Source: a virus (Duplodnaviria; Heunggongvirae; Uroviricota; Caudoviricetes). From it: DNA of 28,110 bases. Below the pieces are notes generated by a model. That model ran no database searches. It was given only the letters and a program-made list of their open reading frames with translations, and was not told where the DNA came from. This document shows, one piece after another, positions 17,785 to 26,703 of this stretch. The stretch lies in IMG/VR virus record IMGVR_UViG_651053022_000001; one strand, given 5' to 3'. Numbering within the stretch: position 1 is the first letter of the stretch; every line of letters begins with the position of its first letter. A program made the position numbers and the translations under genes.

Positions 17785-18108
17785 GTGAGCACCATTCAAA
17801 CAGGGATCACAGAGCAGGTTATTGCGTGGCTCTTTGACCACCTGCCAACGGTGTATGCAGTAGGCGCGGCGGTCAGCATTTCCGCGCTGATGAGTCTTTA
17901 TGACGGACGAACACTGGTTCAGACCGTAACGGGATCGCTGGCGTGCGGCGTTCTTGCCATGGCCGTGGCCGGGTCGCTGCGCTTCTTCGGGATCCCTGAG
18001 GATGCAGTGACGTTTTTTGGTGCCTCAATCGGTTTTATGGGCGCAGAGAAAGCACGCGACAAGGTTATTGCAATATTTGATCGCAGGGTGAAGGAGAGGA
18101 ACGAATGA
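17785..18108 (+). CDS. putative holin
   Basis: 107-aa membrane protein with hydrophobic segments and a charged C-terminus; GTG start with GGGGGAG SD; directly upstream of and overlapping the endolysin start. Confidence 0.6.
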   Translation: MSTIQTGITEQVIAWLFDHLPTVYAVGAAVSISALMSLYDGRTLVQTVTGSLACGVLAMAVAGSLRFFGIPEDAVTFFGASIGFMGAEKARDKVIAIFDRRVKERNE

Positions 18109-18497
18109 GCAACACATTTAAATTCAGCAGCCGGAGCGAAAAGAATTTGCAGGGTGTAAATCCTGATCTGGTGAAAGTGACCCGACGGGCGCTGGAAATC
18201 TCGGAAGTGGATTTTGGTATCACCGAAGGATTGCGCAGTCGTTATCGTCAGAAGCAGCTCGTGACCACAGGCAAGAGCCAGACCATGAACAGTCGCCATC
18301 TCACAGGGCATGCCGTGGATGTTGTGGCTTATGTCGGCAACCAGGTGTCATGGGAATGGCCGCTGTACGAAAAAATCGCAGCAGCATTCAGACAGGCCAG
18401 CCAGGAACTGAATATTCCGGTGGAATGGGGCGGCGACTGGAAGACCCTGAAAGACGGACCGCATTTTCAGTTACCACACGGAGCCTATCCGGCATGA
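18105..18497 (+). CDS. endolysin, peptidase M15 family (zinc L-Ala-D-Glu / D-Ala-D-Ala peptidase type)
   Basis: 130 aa with SRHLTGHAVD and DGPHFQ zinc-ligand style motifs; this differs from the lysozyme-type gpK of P2. Confidence 0.8.
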   Translation: MSNTFKFSSRSEKNLQGVNPDLVKVTRRALEISEVDFGITEGLRSRYRQKQLVTTGKSQTMNSRHLTGHAVDVVAYVGNQVSWEWPLYEKIAAAFRQASQELNIPVEWGGDWKTLKDGPHFQLPHGAYPA

Positions 18498-18889
18498 AGC
18501 TCTGGCCCACGCTTGGCGTCGCTTTCCTTCTGATTACATCCATGCGTCTGTCGTGGTCGCTGGGCCGGGAGAACGCCAGAAACGAAGCGCAGGCCAGCAC
18601 CCTGAAAAGTACCGTCGACACACTGAATATCATCAGCGCCGGGGTACAGGATATGCAGCAGGTGCTGGCTCAGCTCCGCGCGGAAAATCAGCAACGCAAT
18701 CAGGACGGAGAGGTAAGACGTGAACAGCTACGCAACGATATTGCAAAAGATGAATGCGCCCACGCTTTGCCTGACGCTCGTTTTACTGACAGGTTGCGCA
18801 GGCACGCAGAACGCGCCAGGGCCAGCGCCGTCAGTCCGGCTTATACCGCAGACGCTGACCATGCCGGTAACGCCTCCCCCCTTCCCTGA
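18494..18889 (+). CDS. i-spanin (Rz / LysB-like)
   Basis: N-terminal TM anchor (LWPTLGVAFLLITSM) and a coiled-coil periplasmic region; start overlaps the endolysin stop. Confidence 0.7.
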   Translation: MKLWPTLGVAFLLITSMRLSWSLGRENARNEAQASTLKSTVDTLNIISAGVQDMQQVLAQLRAENQQRNQDGEVRREQLRNDIAKDECAHALPDARFTDRLRRHAERARASAVSPAYTADADHAGNASPLP

Positions 18890-19031
18890 CCCACCCACAT
18901 GGGGAAACCTCGGAATATGGGGCGACCGCCTTCTGGATGCACTGGAAACCTGTAACGCGGATAAACGGGCCATTGCTGAACTGGATAAGAGAATAGCCGA
19001 ACTGACACACCAGACGGGAGTAACACAATGA
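18750..19031 (+). CDS. o-spanin (Rz1 / LysC-like lipoprotein), overlapped architecture
   Basis: Lipobox LLTGC after a short signal peptide, Pro-rich; begins inside the i-spanin gene in another frame and extends past it. GTG 18720 is an alternative start. Confidence 0.65.
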   Translation: MNAPTLCLTLVLLTGCAGTQNAPGPAPSVRLIPQTLTMPVTPPPFPDPPTWGNLGIWGDRLLDALETCNADKRAIAELDKRIAELTHQTGVTQ

Positions 19032-21799
19032 CCAGTAAGAACTTTGCACTGATTACAGCCATGACACAGGCTGAACTGACTCAAAAGGTGAATGAACATC
19101 TTGCGAAAGGGTGGCATCTTCAGGGGGAGACGCGGGTTGCCTACGAACCCGGCACCCCGTGGTATCTAATGCAGGCAATGGTGGCCGATGGCACTACAGA
19201 CATCTCACCTGATTCCCCCCAGCACGGCAGCGTGCCGGAGTGGTATTACGTGGTGGTACTTGCTGGTCAATCCAATGCCATGTCATATGGTGAGGGAATG
19301 CCGCTGCCGGATTCTTACGATGCGCCCCACCCACGCATTAAGCAACTGGCCCGTCGCAACACAGTGACTCCCGGTGGTAAAGCATGCGCATTTAACGACA
19401 TCATTCCGGCAGACCACTGCCTGCATGATGTTCAGGATATGAGCGCACTGAATCACCCGAATGCAGACCTGAGCAAAGGGCAGTATGGCTGTGTCGGACA
19501 GGGCTTGCATATTGCCAAACGCCTGTTGCCTTACATTCCACAGAATGCCGGGATTTTACTGGTTCCATGCTGTCGTGGTGGTTCGGCATTCACCCAGGGC
19601 GCGGAGGGGACATTCAGCGAGTCCACAGGAGCCAGTCAGGATTCGGCTCGCTGGGGTGTGGGTAAACCTTTATATCAGGACCTGATTTTGCGCACGAAGG
19701 CCGCATTGCAGAAAAACCCAAAAAACATGCTGCTGGCCGTATGCTGGATGCAGGGCGAATTTGACATGAGCGCCGCTACGTACTCACAGCAACCTCCGCT
19801 GTTTACGGCCATGCTGAAACAGTTTCGTGCGGACATTACCGAGTTTAACACGCAGTGTCATGGAGGCAGAGCGGCAAGTGTGCCATGGATTTGTGGTGAC
19901 ACGACGTATTACTGGAAAAACACCTACGGCACGCAGTACGACACCATTTACGGGGCGTACAAAAACAGGGAGAGCGACAACGTTTTCTTTGTGCCGTTCC
20001 TGACCGATGGTAGTGGCAACAATACCTCCACCAACGCACCAACGGAAGATCCGGATGCTGCAAGTGAGGGAACCCTGATGCAGGCGATTGCAGCAGAAGG
20101 TGATGTGGTCGTCAGTGGTGCAACTGAGCCGGAGTGGTACTACGTCATCGTACTGGCCGGGCAATCCAATGCCATGGCTTACGGTGAAGGGCTTCCGCTT
20201 CCGGATTCATACGATGCGCCCCATCCGCGCATTAAGCAACTGGCCCGTCGTAACACAGTGACTCCCGGTGGTGAAGTATGCGTATTTAACGACATCATTC
20301 CTGCTGACCATTGTCTGCATGATGTTCAGGATATGAGTACGATTAACCATCCCCGGGCTGACCTGAGCAAAGGGCAGTACGGCTGTGTCGGACAGGGCTT
20401 ACATATTGCCAAAAAACTGCTTCCGTATATCCCTAATAATGCGGGGATCCTGCTGGTACCATGCTGTCGTGGTGGTTCGGCATTCACCCAGGGCACGGAG
20501 GGGACATTCAGCGAGTCCACGGGGGCCAGTCAGGATTCGGCTCGCTGGGGAGTGGGTAAGCCGTTATATCAGGATCTGCTTTTCCGCACGAAGGCAGCAT
20601 TGCAGAAAAACCCGAAAAACGTTTTGCTGGCGATATGCTGGATGCAGGGGGAATTCGATATGACGAATGCCAGTTACGCCCAGCAGCCAGCAGCATTTCT
20701 TGCAATGGTACAGCAGTTCCGTGCTGACCTTGCCGGGCTGGCGGCGCAGTGTCACGGTGGAAGTCCGGCATCAGTCCCCTGGATTTGTGGCGACACGACA
20801 TACGCGTGGAAACAAGAACACGGTACGCAATATGAAGTGGTATATGGTGCATATAAAGGTAAAGAATCCCAGCAGATTTATTTTGTTCCCTTTATGACCG
20901 ATGGTAGCGGAGTTAATACACCGACAAACAACCCGTCAGAAGATCCTGATATTGCCGGGTCTGGTTATTACGGTTCGGCATCCCGAACGAACAAAAACTG
21001 GGTATCATCAAATCGCCAGACGCATTTCAGCTCATGGGCGCGTCGTGGCATTATTCCCGATCGTATGGCAACCGCTATTCTGAACGTAGCCGGTCGCACC
21101 TTAGCCTTCATCAGTGGTAAGGCACCGGAAATCAAACCCTCGCCCGGCGGCGACACGCCATCGGGGCCGTCTGAAGATGCATCCGTACGCACAATCTCCC
21201 TGTTGCCGACAGCCGGAGATGCTGCTGCGCAGGGCTGGAGCATTAAGAATGGCGGAATTCAGTTGTCAGATGGTGTATTTAAGATCACCAAGCAGAGCAA
21301 TAAAGCCTGGTCCCTGACGCGCCCGGTGGATGACGCAGTCTCCCTGCTGACACGGGGTGGCAGACTGAGCTGTAAGTTTCGACTGTCAGGCGCACTGACC
21401 AACAATCAGTTCGGTCTGGGAATTTATCTGTATACCGATGTAGCGTTACCTGACGTCGTGGCGATGACCGGGACTGGTAACCCGTTCCTGATGTCGTTCT
21501 TCACCCAGACCACAGACGGCAAACTGAATCTGATGCATCACAAGAAAGCAGGAAACACAAAGTTGGGCGAGTTCGGGAATTACAGTAACGACTGGCAGAC
21601 GCTGGAGCTGGTGTTCACCGCCGGCAGTGCCACGGTTACTCCGAAACTGAATGGAGTGGCTGGCCCGGCATTCCAGGTCATAAAAGACAGTCTGACACTG
21701 GGGCTGAATGCGCTGACGTTAACTGATATCACTAAAAATGCCGCGTACGGCGTCGATATCGGCAGCCTGGTGCTGGAAATCAATAATCCCGCAGCATAA
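19028..21799 (+). CDS. NanS-p-like prophage O-acetylesterase: DUF1737-type N-terminus, two tandem SGNH/sialate O-acetylesterase domains, C-terminal putative carbohydrate-binding domain
   Basis: 923 aa; the GQSNAMxYGEG esterase block occurs twice (about residues 70-345 and 365-640) with highly similar sequence. Confidence 0.8.
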   Translation: MTSKNFALITAMTQAELTQKVNEHLAKGWHLQGETRVAYEPGTPWYLMQAMVADGTTDISPDSPQHGSVPEWYYVVVLAGQSNAMSYGEGMPLPDSYDAPHPRIKQLARRNTVTPGGKACAFNDIIPADHCLHDVQDMSALNHPNADLSKGQYGCVGQGLHIAKRLLPYIPQNAGILLVPCCRGGSAFTQGAEGTFSESTGASQDSARWGVGKPLYQDLILRTKAALQKNPKNMLLAVCWMQGEFDMSAATYSQQPPLFTAMLKQFRADITEFNTQCHGGRAASVPWICGDTTYYWKNTYGTQYDTIYGAYKNRESDNVFFVPFLTDGSGNNTSTNAPTEDPDAASEGTLMQAIAAEGDVVVSGATEPEWYYVIVLAGQSNAMAYGEGLPLPDSYDAPHPRIKQLARRNTVTPGGEVCVFNDIIPADHCLHDVQDMSTINHPRADLSKGQYGCVGQGLHIAKKLLPYIPNNAGILLVPCCRGGSAFTQGTEGTFSESTGASQDSARWGVGKPLYQDLLFRTKAALQKNPKNVLLAICWMQGEFDMTNASYAQQPAAFLAMVQQFRADLAGLAAQCHGGSPASVPWICGDTTYAWKQEHGTQYEVVYGAYKGKESQQIYFVPFMTDGSGVNTPTNNPSEDPDIAGSGYYGSASRTNKNWVSSNRQTHFSSWARRGIIPDRMATAILNVAGRTLAFISGKAPEIKPSPGGDTPSGPSEDASVRTISLLPTAGDAAAQGWSIKNGGIQLSDGVFKITKQSNKAWSLTRPVDDAVSLLTRGGRLSCKFRLSGALTNNQFGLGIYLYTDVALPDVVAMTGTGNPFLMSFFTQTTDGKLNLMHHKKAGNTKLGEFGNYSNDWQTLELVFTAGSATVTPKLNGVAGPAFQVIKDSLTLGLNALTLTDITKNAAYGVDIGSLVLEINNPAA
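19233..20965 (+). repeat. in-frame tandem duplication (two units of ~840 bp, period 894 bp) inside the esterase gene
   Basis: Long stretches read almost identically at 19233-20070 and 20127-20965 (for example gagtggta..gcattcacccagggc..gaggggacattcagcgagtccac); by eye roughly 85-90 percent identity. Confidence 0.85.
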
Positions 21800-21822
21800 G
21801 GAAGAGCAGGAGAGCAAAACAG

Positions 21823-22290
21823 ATGCTTAAGACAAACAGTCTGCGAGAGTCCATGCTTCATGGGTGTCGGTGGTGCCAGGCTAATCCCGAGAAATTCACC
21901 ATTTTCGTGGAGAGCGGCAACATTGAAACGACCGGAGAAGCGCCCTCGTTTGTTTACCGCTATCAGATGGTGATGTTTGTCATGGATTACGCCGGAGAGC
22001 TGGACGACCTCACGCTGCCGCTGCTGGCGTGGTTATCCGAAAATCAGCCACAGTTGTTGCTCAATCCGGAGCGTAATCAGGACATCAAATTTTCTGCCGT
22101 TATCAATGACGATGACAGCGCCGATCTCCTGTTTACGCTCCCCCTGCGGGAACGCGTTCGCATCACGCGCAACAGTCAGGGCACACCGCAGGCAGAACAC
22201 CTGCCGGAGCCAAAACCCCGTCTGCCTTCTTCCGAAGGCGACTGGTCGCATGTATTCCAGGATGTGACGTGGGGTGAAAGCGATGGATAA
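21823..22290 (+). CDS. R: tail completion protein (P2 gpR-like)
   Basis: 155 aa, same size and position as P2 gpR. Confidence 0.85.
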   Translation: MLKTNSLRESMLHGCRWCQANPEKFTIFVESGNIETTGEAPSFVYRYQMVMFVMDYAGELDDLTLPLLAWLSENQPQLLLNPERNQDIKFSAVINDDDSADLLFTLPLRERVRITRNSQGTPQAEHLPEPKPRLPSSEGDWSHVFQDVTWGESDG

Positions 22291-22918
22291 GGCATTCACC
22301 CGCGTGGATGAAACCTTTGAGGCTATCCGCGACAGCCTGAATCAGCAGGCCATCAATAACATCGCCAGAAAGCTGGCACAGGATTTACGTCGCGCCCAGC
22401 AGGCACGTATCCGGTCACAAAAAGCGCCGGACGGGACCGAATGGACACCACGCAGACGCCGCGTAACCCGGATACAGGAGCGCATTCGCTTTATCTGGAA
22501 TAACGAAGCACGCACGCTGAAAAACTGGCATCACGACACAGGGAAATACGGGCGAACCATTACCGGGTGGGATGAGGATAAAAACAATATCCGCACGTTT
22601 TACCGGGATGACATCGACCGTTTTCTGGAAATACGCACCCGGCGCATCAACCAGGACAGCACAAAGCGCGTCCCCATGTTCGTAAAACTGCGCACCGCCC
22701 GCTACCTGAAAGCCCGTGCAGATGCCTCCGGTGTGACGGTGGGTTACAGCGGCGTGGCCGCACGTATTGCACGCGTTCATCAGTTCGGTGAGCGCGATCA
22801 GGTTGCGCCGGGCATTTTCACCGATTACCCGGTACGTGAGCTGTTGGGTATCAGCCAGGCAGATGAGCGCCTGATTTATAACACGGTGCTGGGCCGGATT
22901 GCGGAGGCTGTACGGTGA
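22283..22918 (+). CDS. S: tail completion / virion morphogenesis protein (P2 gpS family)
   Basis: 211 aa; start overlaps the R stop; longer than P2 gpS but fits the family by position and sequence style. Confidence 0.72.
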   Translation: MDKAFTRVDETFEAIRDSLNQQAINNIARKLAQDLRRAQQARIRSQKAPDGTEWTPRRRRVTRIQERIRFIWNNEARTLKNWHHDTGKYGRTITGWDEDKNNIRTFYRDDIDRFLEIRTRRINQDSTKRVPMFVKLRTARYLKARADASGVTVGYSGVAARIARVHQFGERDQVAPGIFTDYPVRELLGISQADERLIYNTVLGRIAEAVR

Positions 22919-23496
22919 GCGCAGAACTCATGCGACTGCTGAGCAACATCATCCGCACCGGGATCATCTCTGAAGTTGATGAGAAGTCCTGGCGCGTGCG
23001 CGTTCGCAGCGGCGAACTGGAAACAGGCTGGTTGCGCTGGAACACCACGCGCGCGGGAGCCTTCAATGTGTGGCTGCCGCCATCACCAGGCGAACAGGTG
23101 GTAATTGCCTGCATTGGCGGCAACCCGGAAACCGCCATGATAATTGGCAGCCTGTGGAGTGATGCCAGTCCGGCCCCCGGCAAAAGCCTGAAAGAAATCG
23201 TGGTCAGCGCGCCGGATGGCGCGGTGTTCCGCTACGACGCAGACGCTGGCGCACTGAGCGCCAGCGGCATGAAAACAGCCACCCTGCAGGCATCCGTCAG
23301 CGTGACACTGGATACGCCCGTCGTGGAATGCACAAACCTTCTGAGAACGGCGACGCTTGACGTCACAAAAGAGGGAAAGATGAGCGGCAATATCACGCAC
23401 AGCGGCGGCAATTTCACCTCAAACGGCATTACCGTGCATACGCATAAGCACGGTGGCGTTAAAGGTGGCAGCGATTCGACAGGAGGCCCGCAGTGA
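22915..23496 (+). CDS. V: baseplate assembly protein V / spike (P2 gpV-like)
   Basis: 193 aa; overlaps the S stop. Confidence 0.85.
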   Translation: MSAELMRLLSNIIRTGIISEVDEKSWRVRVRSGELETGWLRWNTTRAGAFNVWLPPSPGEQVVIACIGGNPETAMIIGSLWSDASPAPGKSLKEIVVSAPDGAVFRYDADAGALSASGMKTATLQASVSVTLDTPVVECTNLLRTATLDVTKEGKMSGNITHSGGNFTSNGITVHTHKHGGVKGGSDSTGGPQ

Positions 23497-23843
23497 CAAC
23501 CCGCTACACAGGAATGAACCCGGACGGGACGGGAAACCTGAACGATATGGAGCACCTGAAACAGTCAGTCAGGGACATCCTGATCACCCCGCTGGCAAGC
23601 CGGGTTATGCGACGGGAATATGGCAGCCTTGTGCCTGATTTGATTGACGAACCCATGAATAACACCACGCGTCTGCAATGCATGAGTGCTGCCGTGATTG
23701 CGCTGACACGATGGGAACCCCGCATTGCCCTGGACGCCATCGACGTTGTCTGGAAGGCAGGAGGCCGCGCCGGGGTGACGCTGTCGGGCACTGTCATGCA
23801 GACCATGCAGAATGTTGAATTAACCATCACGCTGAGAGAGTAA
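23493..23843 (+). CDS. W: baseplate protein W (gp25-like)
   Basis: 116 aa; overlaps the V stop. Confidence 0.88.
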   Translation: MTTRYTGMNPDGTGNLNDMEHLKQSVRDILITPLASRVMRREYGSLVPDLIDEPMNNTTRLQCMSAAVIALTRWEPRIALDAIDVVWKAGGRAGVTLSGTVMQTMQNVELTITLRE

Positions 23844-23846
23844 ATC

Positions 23847-24743
23847 ATGCCTGCTGTTGATCTTTCCCAGTTACCGGAACCCGCCATCATCGCGGAGCCT
23901 GATTTTGAGGCAATTCTGGCTGACACAAAGGCCATGATGATTGCGTCCTATCCTGCCGAACAGCGTGAAGCCGTCTCCGCCGCGCTGGAGCTGGAATCAG
24001 AACCCCTGAACGTTATCGCTCAAACCATGTCGTTTCGTGAAATGCTGTTACGCCAGCGGGTTAACGAGGGCGCACGCGCCTGCATGTTAAGCCACGGTTC
24101 AGGGACAAACCTGGACAACCTCGCGGGCAATATGAACACAAAGCGCCTGGTTATCACTCCGGCAACGGATACCACCGACGCGGTGATGGAGAGCGACACC
24201 TCGCTGAGACTGCGGGCGCAGCGGGCGTATGACGGCCTGAGTGTTGCTGGCCCGTCAGGTGCATACGAGTATTTTGCACGCAGCGCCAGCGGTCTGGTGC
24301 GTGATGCGCGGGCCATCAGCCCGTCTCCGGCCTGTGTGACGGTTTCCATTCTGTCCACTGAAGGCGACGGCACAGCAACGGAGGCGTTGCTTAATACCGT
24401 TCGCGCCGTTCTGAATGCAGAGGATACCCGCCCGGTGGCCGACCGACTGACCGTACAGAGCGCCAGCATCGTGACATGGCGGCTGAATGCAAAACTGTAC
24501 TTTTACCCCGGCCCGGAATCCGAACCTATTCTGGCTGCGGCTGAATCGTCGTTCAGGAAGTGGCTGGCTGAGCAGGGGCTTATTGGTCAGGACGTGGCGT
24601 TGTCAGCCATTGCTGCCGCACTTCATGTGCACGGCGTGCAACGCGTGGAGATAATCGAACCCACACAGAATATGGCCATCAGCGACATACAGGCGGCGCG
24701 CTGTGAGTCATTCACCATCAGCGAAGGTGGGCGTAATGAGTAA
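23847..24743 (+). CDS. J: baseplate assembly protein J
   Basis: 298 aa, P2 gpJ-like in size and position. Confidence 0.9.
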   Translation: MPAVDLSQLPEPAIIAEPDFEAILADTKAMMIASYPAEQREAVSAALELESEPLNVIAQTMSFREMLLRQRVNEGARACMLSHGSGTNLDNLAGNMNTKRLVITPATDTTDAVMESDTSLRLRAQRAYDGLSVAGPSGAYEYFARSASGLVRDARAISPSPACVTVSILSTEGDGTATEALLNTVRAVLNAEDTRPVADRLTVQSASIVTWRLNAKLYFYPGPESEPILAAAESSFRKWLAEQGLIGQDVALSAIAAALHVHGVQRVEIIEPTQNMAISDIQAARCESFTISEGGRNE

Positions 24744-25266
24744 TTCACTGTTACCGCCATCAGCCAGCAATTTCATGCGTTGCGCCGAAGCTGTCGGAGC
24801 GCGCATTACAGACATCCCGGTAGACCTCAACACGCTGTGGTCACCGGACACCTGCCCGGTGCATCTGCTGCCTTATCTCGCCTGGGCATTTTCCGTTGAC
24901 CGCTGGGATCGCAACTGGCCGGAAGAGACAAAGCGACAGGTGATTCGTGATGCATGGCTGATACACCGACACAAAGGGACCATCAGCGCACTGCGCCGGG
25001 CCATTGAGCCGCTGGGATACCTCATTCGCGTGTCTGAGTGGTGGGAGTTCGGCGGAGAACCGGGAACATTTACCGTTGAAGTCGGCACGCTGGACAGTGG
25101 CGTGACGGAGGAAATGTATCTGGAAATGGAGCGGTTGATTGCTGATGCCCGCCCGGTCAGCCGCCACATGACAGGGCTGAATATCATTCAGGAGATTCAG
25201 GGAGATATTTTCGCGGCGGCAGCAACTTACGACGGCGAAGTCATTACCATTTATCCGGACGATTAA
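24736..25266 (+). CDS. I: baseplate / tail protein I
   Basis: 176 aa from ATG 24736, which overlaps the J stop; same length as P2 gpI. Confidence 0.85.
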   Translation: MSNSLLPPSASNFMRCAEAVGARITDIPVDLNTLWSPDTCPVHLLPYLAWAFSVDRWDRNWPEETKRQVIRDAWLIHRHKGTISALRRAIEPLGYLIRVSEWWEFGGEPGTFTVEVGTLDSGVTEEMYLEMERLIADARPVSRHMTGLNIIQEIQGDIFAAAATYDGEVITIYPDD

Positions 25267-25268
25267 GC

Positions 25269-26504
25269 ATGAGTACCACAACACGTAAATTTAAAACCGT
25301 TATCACCGATACGGGTGCCAAAAAATTAGCTCAGGCAGCCGCGCCAGATGGTAAGCCTGTCCGCCTGACTCATATGGCCGTGGGCGACGGTGGCGGCACG
25401 TTGCCCACACCAGACAGTAAGCAGACCCGTCTGGTGCATGAGGTGTGGCGACATACTGTTAATCGCGTCATCCTGGACGCAACACATCAGAACCGCATTA
25501 TTGCGGAGCTGGTTATTCCTCCTGAAACGGGCGGATTCTGGATCCGGGAAATTGGTGTATTTGATGAGCACGGCGATTTAATCGCGGTGGGCAATACTGC
25601 CGAAAGTTACAAGCCAGCCGTTGCCGAAGGGTCCGGTCGTGCACAAACATTTCGCACCATTCTGACCGTATCCAGCACTGCCACCGTGGTGCTTACCGTG
25701 GATAACACCATGGTGATGGCCACAGTGGATTACGTGGATGACAAACTGAAAGAGCATGAACAGTCACGACGTCACCCGGACGCCTCGCTGACCGCAAAAG
25801 GCTTTGTTCAACTCAGTAGCGCCACTAACAGCGTGTCTGAAACGCAGGCTGCAACGCCGAAAGCAGTAAAGGCCGCGTATGACCTTGCTAACGGTAAATA
25901 TACTGCGCAGGATGCCAGCACGACGCGAAAAGGCCTTGTCCAGCTCAGTAGCGCCACCAACAGCGTGTCTGAAACGCAGGCTGCAACGCCGAAAGCAGTA
26001 AAGGCCGCGTATGACCTTGCTAACGCAAAATATACCGCTCAGGACGCCACGACGGCACAAAAAGGGATAGTCCAGCTCAGTAGTGCCACCAACAGCACGT
26101 CTGAAACACTGGCCGCGACATCGAAAGCTGTTAAGGCGGTAATGGATGAAACGAACAAGAAAGCGCCCTTAAATAGTCCTGCACTGACCGGAACGCCAAC
26201 AACACCAACTGCGCGACAGGGAACGAATAATACCCAAATCGCAAGCACGGCTTTCGTTATGGCTGCGATTGCCGCCCTTGTAGATTCGTCACCTGATGCA
26301 CTGAACACGCTGAACGAGCTGGCTGCGGCGCTGGGCAACGACCCGAATTTTGCGACCACCATGACTAACGCGCTTGCGGGTAAGCAACCGAAAGATGCCA
26401 CCCTGACGGCGCTGGCCGGACTTACTACTGCGGCAGGCAAGTTTCCGTATTTTACGGGGAATGATGTCGCCAGCCTGGCAACCCTGACAAAAGTCATTTA
26501 CTAA
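25269..26504 (+). CDS. H: tail fibre protein H, N-terminal (constant) portion only; probably C-terminally truncated
   Basis: 411 aa versus about 669 aa for P2 H; contains three 44-aa tail-fibre repeats; stop codon is immediately followed by AT-rich non-phage DNA and gnd. Confidence 0.85.
   Translation: MSTTTRKFKTVITDTGAKKLAQAAAPDGKPVRLTHMAVGDGGGTLPTPDSKQTRLVHEVWRHTVNRVILDATHQNRIIAELVIPPETGGFWIREIGVFDEHGDLIAVGNTAESYKPAVAEGSGRAQTFRTILTVSSTATVVLTVDNTMVMATVDYVDDKLKEHEQSRRHPDASLTAKGFVQLSSATNSVSETQAATPKAVKAAYDLANGKYTAQDASTTRKGLVQLSSATNSVSETQAATPKAVKAAYDLANAKYTAQDATTAQKGIVQLSSATNSTSETLAATSKAVKAVMDETNKKAPLNSPALTGTPTTPTARQGTNNTQIASTAFVMAAIAALVDSSPDALNTLNELAAALGNDPNFATTMTNALAGKQPKDATLTALAGLTTAAGKFPYFTGNDVASLATLTKVIY
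25797..26192 (+). repeat. three tandem 132-bp (44-codon) repeats inside H
   Basis: Repeated unit encoding G-x-VQLSSATNS-x-SET-x-AAT-x-KAVKA..., with near-identical DNA at 25800, 25932 and 26064. Confidence 0.75.
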
Positions 26505-26703
26505 AGCATTTCGATGGCATATAAGGAGTATTACGCGCTACATATTACGGAAACCAATTCTTTCTTATAAAAACTATAGAAAAATTACATCCGAACTGGT
26601 AAAGTGATTAAATAAAGTCCTAATTTTACTACTGAAATGGTATCTTTATTTAAAGATCTTTGCTTTATATACCAATTTTTTAACGCCCTGACAGGAGTAA
26701 ACA

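Larger units (their letters stand above)
1451..26504. mobile_element. P2-like prophage remnant; rearranged and probably defective
   Basis: Contiguous P2-type late genes with ogr, but no integrase, C, cox, B, A or G; internal module inversions. Boundaries are approximate: left edge somewhere in 1300-1930, right edge in 26505-26560. Confidence 0.85.

Noticed and set aside
25764-26060. 98-aa minus-strand ORF in the H repeat region
   Set aside because: Internally repetitive translation produced by the tandem fibre repeats on the opposite strand.
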